A DNA stretch of 50,594 bases, taken from Candidatus Bathyarchaeota archaeon (lineage in GTDB: Archaea > Asgardarchaeota > Lokiarchaeia > Sigyniarchaeales > Sigyniarchaeaceae). The position numbers and the translations under genes are program-made. Shown in pieces: positions 47,824-50,594 of this stretch; the stretch's first letter is position 1; each line of letters starts with the position of its first letter. The notes below the pieces were generated by a model, which worked only from the letters and a program-made list of their open reading frames with translations, ran no database searches and was not told the origin of the DNA. Where the stretch lies: positions 1-50,594 of the forward strand of contig WJJB01000243.1 of assembly GCA_014729935.1 (NCBI GenBank), written 5' to 3'.

Positions 47824-48763
47824 ACTTCATGTGGGAAACCATCTCCTTGGCAAGCCAAGAGAAGGCTTCTTGAACTCCTTCATTTTTCACGGCACAAGTC
47901 TTGAATAGCTTCAGCGGTCGCCTCCCCAAGGTTCTTGAATTCATGTATTTCTTGATGGTTTTCATCTTGGGTTTCTTGATATCAATCTTGTTCAACAGGA
48001 TAAGCAAAGGGAGGTCTGCGGTGTTTTTCCTGGTGGCAATGTCCTTCAAGACCTTCATAGCTTCATCATACTTCTTCTCTTCCGAGATATCGACAACGAA
48101 TACCAATCCATCCTGCCCCACTATATGTGGTGCCCACAAGTCCCTGTATTTTTCCTGGCCTGGGGCATCATAGACCATGATTGATAAGTTTTCCAGGACA
48201 AGTTGAGAGACATCCATGGAGATGGTTGGGGGATTCTCCTTTATGATCTTGTTTTGTATCGATTGCACGATGGTGGTTTTTCCTGCCTGCGTGAGACCAT
48301 ACACGAAAATGCTTGCCTTTATGGGATTCAGGATGCTGATATCGGGAAATGATTCATGGAACGAGTGGAATAATTCATCGAGTTCCTTACTTGCCTTTTC
48401 ATCATCCTCGTTAACTCCATTATCAGCATGGAATGCCGAATGTACATTCTTCAAGGAATCTAGCCTTTCGGCAAATTTTTCCAAGTACTGCTTCGACATG
48501 TTGTAATCAATTTCACTGGTCCCAAGAACTACCAAGGAGATCATTAAAATTTCCACACCACCCCTTGCTTCGGAGTTTTTTATTTCAAAGATGAGATTTG
48601 CTGTCTTGACACCGCCAAATTCGTGGAGGAAAAAACCCTGGCGATACAAGTTCATCAATTCCGTGATTTGATCCTTGTATTGATTACCGATATCATTAGG
48701 TTCGCTCAGGAAAACACGCGGTCCCATCACGTTGTTAAAATGACTTAATATTAGCCCCTTCAT
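47822..48763 (-). CDS. Fusion protein: N-terminal longin/uDENN-like domain plus C-terminal Arf/SR-beta-like small GTPase
   Basis: In the GTPase half, G1 is VYGLTQAGKTTIV, G3 is VYDAPGQEKYRDLW, G4 is LLNKIDI and G5 is TCAVKNEG. The N-terminal ~140 aa read MKGLILSHFNNVMGPRVFLSEP... with a beta-beta-alpha-beta-beta-beta-alpha pattern. Confidence 0.75.
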   Translation of the reverse strand: MKGLILSHFNNVMGPRVFLSEPNDIGNQYKDQITELMNLYRQGFFLHEFGGVKTANLIFEIKNSEARGGVEILMISLVVLGTSEIDYNMSKQYLEKFAERLDSLKNVHSAFHADNGVNEDDEKASKELDELFHSFHESFPDISILNPIKASIFVYGLTQAGKTTIVQSIQNKIIKENPPTISMDVSQLVLENLSIMVYDAPGQEKYRDLWAPHIVGQDGLVFVVDISEEKKYDEAMKVLKDIATRKNTADLPLLILLNKIDIKKPKMKTIKKYMNSRTLGRRPLKLFKTCAVKNEGVQEAFSWLAKEMVSHMK

Positions 48764-48840
48764 CGCAGGATCCTGAAAAAATTATTAATTTAGATAAAAT
48801 ACGTACAAAGAAAAGCATTTTCATTCATTGGATTTTGATC

Positions 48841-49836
48841 ATGTCTTGGAGGCAAATCTTGCCAGGAATTCATGAAATCACGCTTAGAAGTGATTCCTGG
48901 TTTCAACCTAGCGTGAATGTGTATTTCTTGGAATGTAGCAATTCGGGAGGGCTCTTGGTAGACGCGGGATATGCCAATAAGCGATCTTTCGCCAATTTCT
49001 TGAGAATCTTCACTCGTTTAGTTAAACACTTGAAAGACACTGGTAAATTGGACAAGGAAGTGAGATTCGACAGACTGGTAAAAAAGGTAGTCATCACGCA
49101 TGACCACCACGACCACGCATCGGGAGCATGGCGGTTAAAGGAGTACTTTCCTGCAGCATCCTTCGTGATGAGCAAAGGAACTAACCTCCTTCTTTCAGGC
49201 GTGCATTTGGGAAAACCACTAGGTATTCACGGTAGAATCCGGGAGATCCTCATGAGAATCTTCAACAAGTTGCTTGGCATGAGAAAAATCCTTCCCCGAA
49301 TTTCACTCGTTTGCCATGGAGATGCGATAGCATGCGGCAATAGGGAATTAACCGTGATTTTGTCCCGTGGTCATTCATTCGAACAATTGTTACTGCATGA
49401 GAAAAAGCAGGGAATCCTGTTCTCGAGTGATCTCGTTTTGGCTGACATATCGACATGGCTGGGCCCCCCAAATAGCGATTACCTGGCGTATCACAAGACC
49501 ATGAATTTCCTCTCCTCCTTGGATAACGTGAAGATTATGCTTCCAGCCCATGGGAAAATAATCAAGAATCCAAAAGGCAGGATAAATGAGTTACGGCATT
49601 TCCGGGAACTCAGGGAATTGCAAATTATTGATTATTGTAAGAAAAAGCCTAGGTCGATCTCATCGATATCTTGGGCACTTTACAAAAGTCGTGGTATCGG
49701 CACGGTATTCATTGCAATGGGAATGGTGAAATTAGTCACCCATTATCTGGTTGCGATGGGAAGATTGAGCAAAAAACGTCTTGCTTTCTGCGAGAAGTAC
49801 ATCGCAGTGGATGATGTCCCTCAACCAAAGAACTGA
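48841..49836 (+). CDS. Metallo-beta-lactamase-fold hydrolase
   Basis: HxHxDH motif: VITHDHHDHASG. A downstream LPAHG His is present. ATG 48841 is preferred over TTG 48835. Confidence 0.7.
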   Translation: MSWRQILPGIHEITLRSDSWFQPSVNVYFLECSNSGGLLVDAGYANKRSFANFLRIFTRLVKHLKDTGKLDKEVRFDRLVKKVVITHDHHDHASGAWRLKEYFPAASFVMSKGTNLLLSGVHLGKPLGIHGRIREILMRIFNKLLGMRKILPRISLVCHGDAIACGNRELTVILSRGHSFEQLLLHEKKQGILFSSDLVLADISTWLGPPNSDYLAYHKTMNFLSSLDNVKIMLPAHGKIIKNPKGRINELRHFRELRELQIIDYCKKKPRSISSISWALYKSRGIGTVFIAMGMVKLVTHYLVAMGRLSKKRLAFCEKYIAVDDVPQPKN

Positions 49837-50594
49837 TGCATGACCTCTTCCCAGCTCTCCAATGGATACTCCTGGGGTTCTCGCAACCGCTTGGAGGCCG
49901 TATCCATGTCAAGCACCCCCGCGCCAGTAAGGATTAAGGCAACATCTTCAAACTTTTCCAGCATATCTCCATGCTCTTTGGCTTTCTTTAATGCAGCAAG
50001 AGTGGTGGAGCTTGCCAATTCAACAAAAATCCCTTCACCGCGAGAGAGATCTCGCTGTGAAGCAAGAGCCTCCTCATCACTTACAATAATGCCTGAGACT
50101 GTACCTGCTTCTAGTTTTTCGTGCAACTGGTGAAACCATGAATAATCGAATGGTATGTCATTGGCGAGAGCGGAAATTACCGTGTTCACGAATTTCCACG
50201 GCTTTGCGTAAACATCCTTGGGTTTTGCATTCACCCTCAAGGCATCAATGAACGGATGGCAACCTTCTGGTTGAACTGCCAAGAAATGTGGAATATCTTC
50301 TATAAAAGAGAGTTCCTTCAATTCCATGCATGCTTGTATTAATGCGGAGAGCAATCCAGCACCCCCGACAGGAACAACGATCAATTCAGGGAGCCTCAAG
50401 TTCATCTGCTCGAAGATTTCGTATATGATGGTTTTTGCACCATGATTGGTAAACGCGTTATACAAGGACGTGGTCGCCAAGTTCATTGCTCCATATTGCC
50501 TAGCTGCTTGAATGACAACGTCCATTAATGCTTGATAAGATAATGTAGTGAAACGGCGCACATTTCCCACAAAGAGCCGAATCTGATTGATCTT
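49821..50594 (-). CDS. Threonine synthase-like PLP enzyme (tryptophan-synthase-beta fold); N-terminus lies beyond the right window edge
   Basis: The frame stays open to the window end (KINQIRLFVGNVRRF...). HGAKTIIYEIFEQMN...PELIVVPVGGAGLLSALIQACMEL and LAVQPEGCHPF resemble the ThrC C-terminal half. It overlaps the convergent MBL gene by 16 nt. Confidence 0.5.
   Translation of the reverse strand, partial: KINQIRLFVGNVRRFTTLSYQALMDVVIQAARQYGAMNLATTSLYNAFTNHGAKTIIYEIFEQMNLRLPELIVVPVGGAGLLSALIQACMELKELSFIEDIPHFLAVQPEGCHPFIDALRVNAKPKDVYAKPWKFVNTVISALANDIPFDYSWFHQLHEKLEAGTVSGIIVSDEEALASQRDLSRGEGIFVELASSTTLAALKKAKEHGDMLEKFEDVALILTGAGVLDMDTASKRLREPQEYPLESWEEVMHQFFG

Overview
About 50.6 kb of an archaeal chromosome at roughly 40-45% GC, judged by eye. 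The archaeal assignment rests on a CDP-archaeol synthase, a two-subunit 2-oxoacid:ferredoxin oxidoreductase, tight operons with overlapping stop/start codons, and surface proteins rich in N-glycosylation sequons. The window has many proteins resembling eukaryotic signature proteins: a gelsolin-domain protein, a Rab-like small GTPase, a longin-like domain fused to an Arf/SR-beta-like GTPase, a membrane-anchored Roadblock-like protein, two tandem PHD/RING-like finger proteins and a HeH/SAP (Rho_N)-like lysine-rich protein. That combination suggests an Asgard-type archaeon, but this is inference and not proven from the sequence. Housekeeping blocks are gyrB-gyrA, ornithine aminotransferase, thioredoxin, carS, serS, korAB, iscU-cysE-cysK and a thrC-like fragment. 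An accessory stretch at about 34.5-42.7 kb begins with a sharply GC-rich, 5'-truncated TnpB (IS200/IS605-type) scar. It carries a GH39 hydrolase, a beta-class SPPY DNA methyltransferase, orphan genes and a GH9 cellulase-family enzyme fused to a 9-helix membrane domain. No rRNA, tRNA or CRISPR array was found. The most interesting non-coding signal is a family of about 55-60 nt hairpin plus T-tract repeats. Five copies are clear and three are degenerate. The clear copies lie immediately 3' of genes, mostly in convergent gene junctions, and their orientation follows the upstream gene. The best candidates for something new are the PHD/RING-like paralogue pair with the HeH/SAP protein and gelsolin, the GTPase/Roadblock/receiver neighbourhood, the longin-GTPase fusion, the EF-Tu-like pseudo-GTPase coupled to a membrane protein, and the repeat family. 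All family calls come from motif recognition by eye, and no database search was run.
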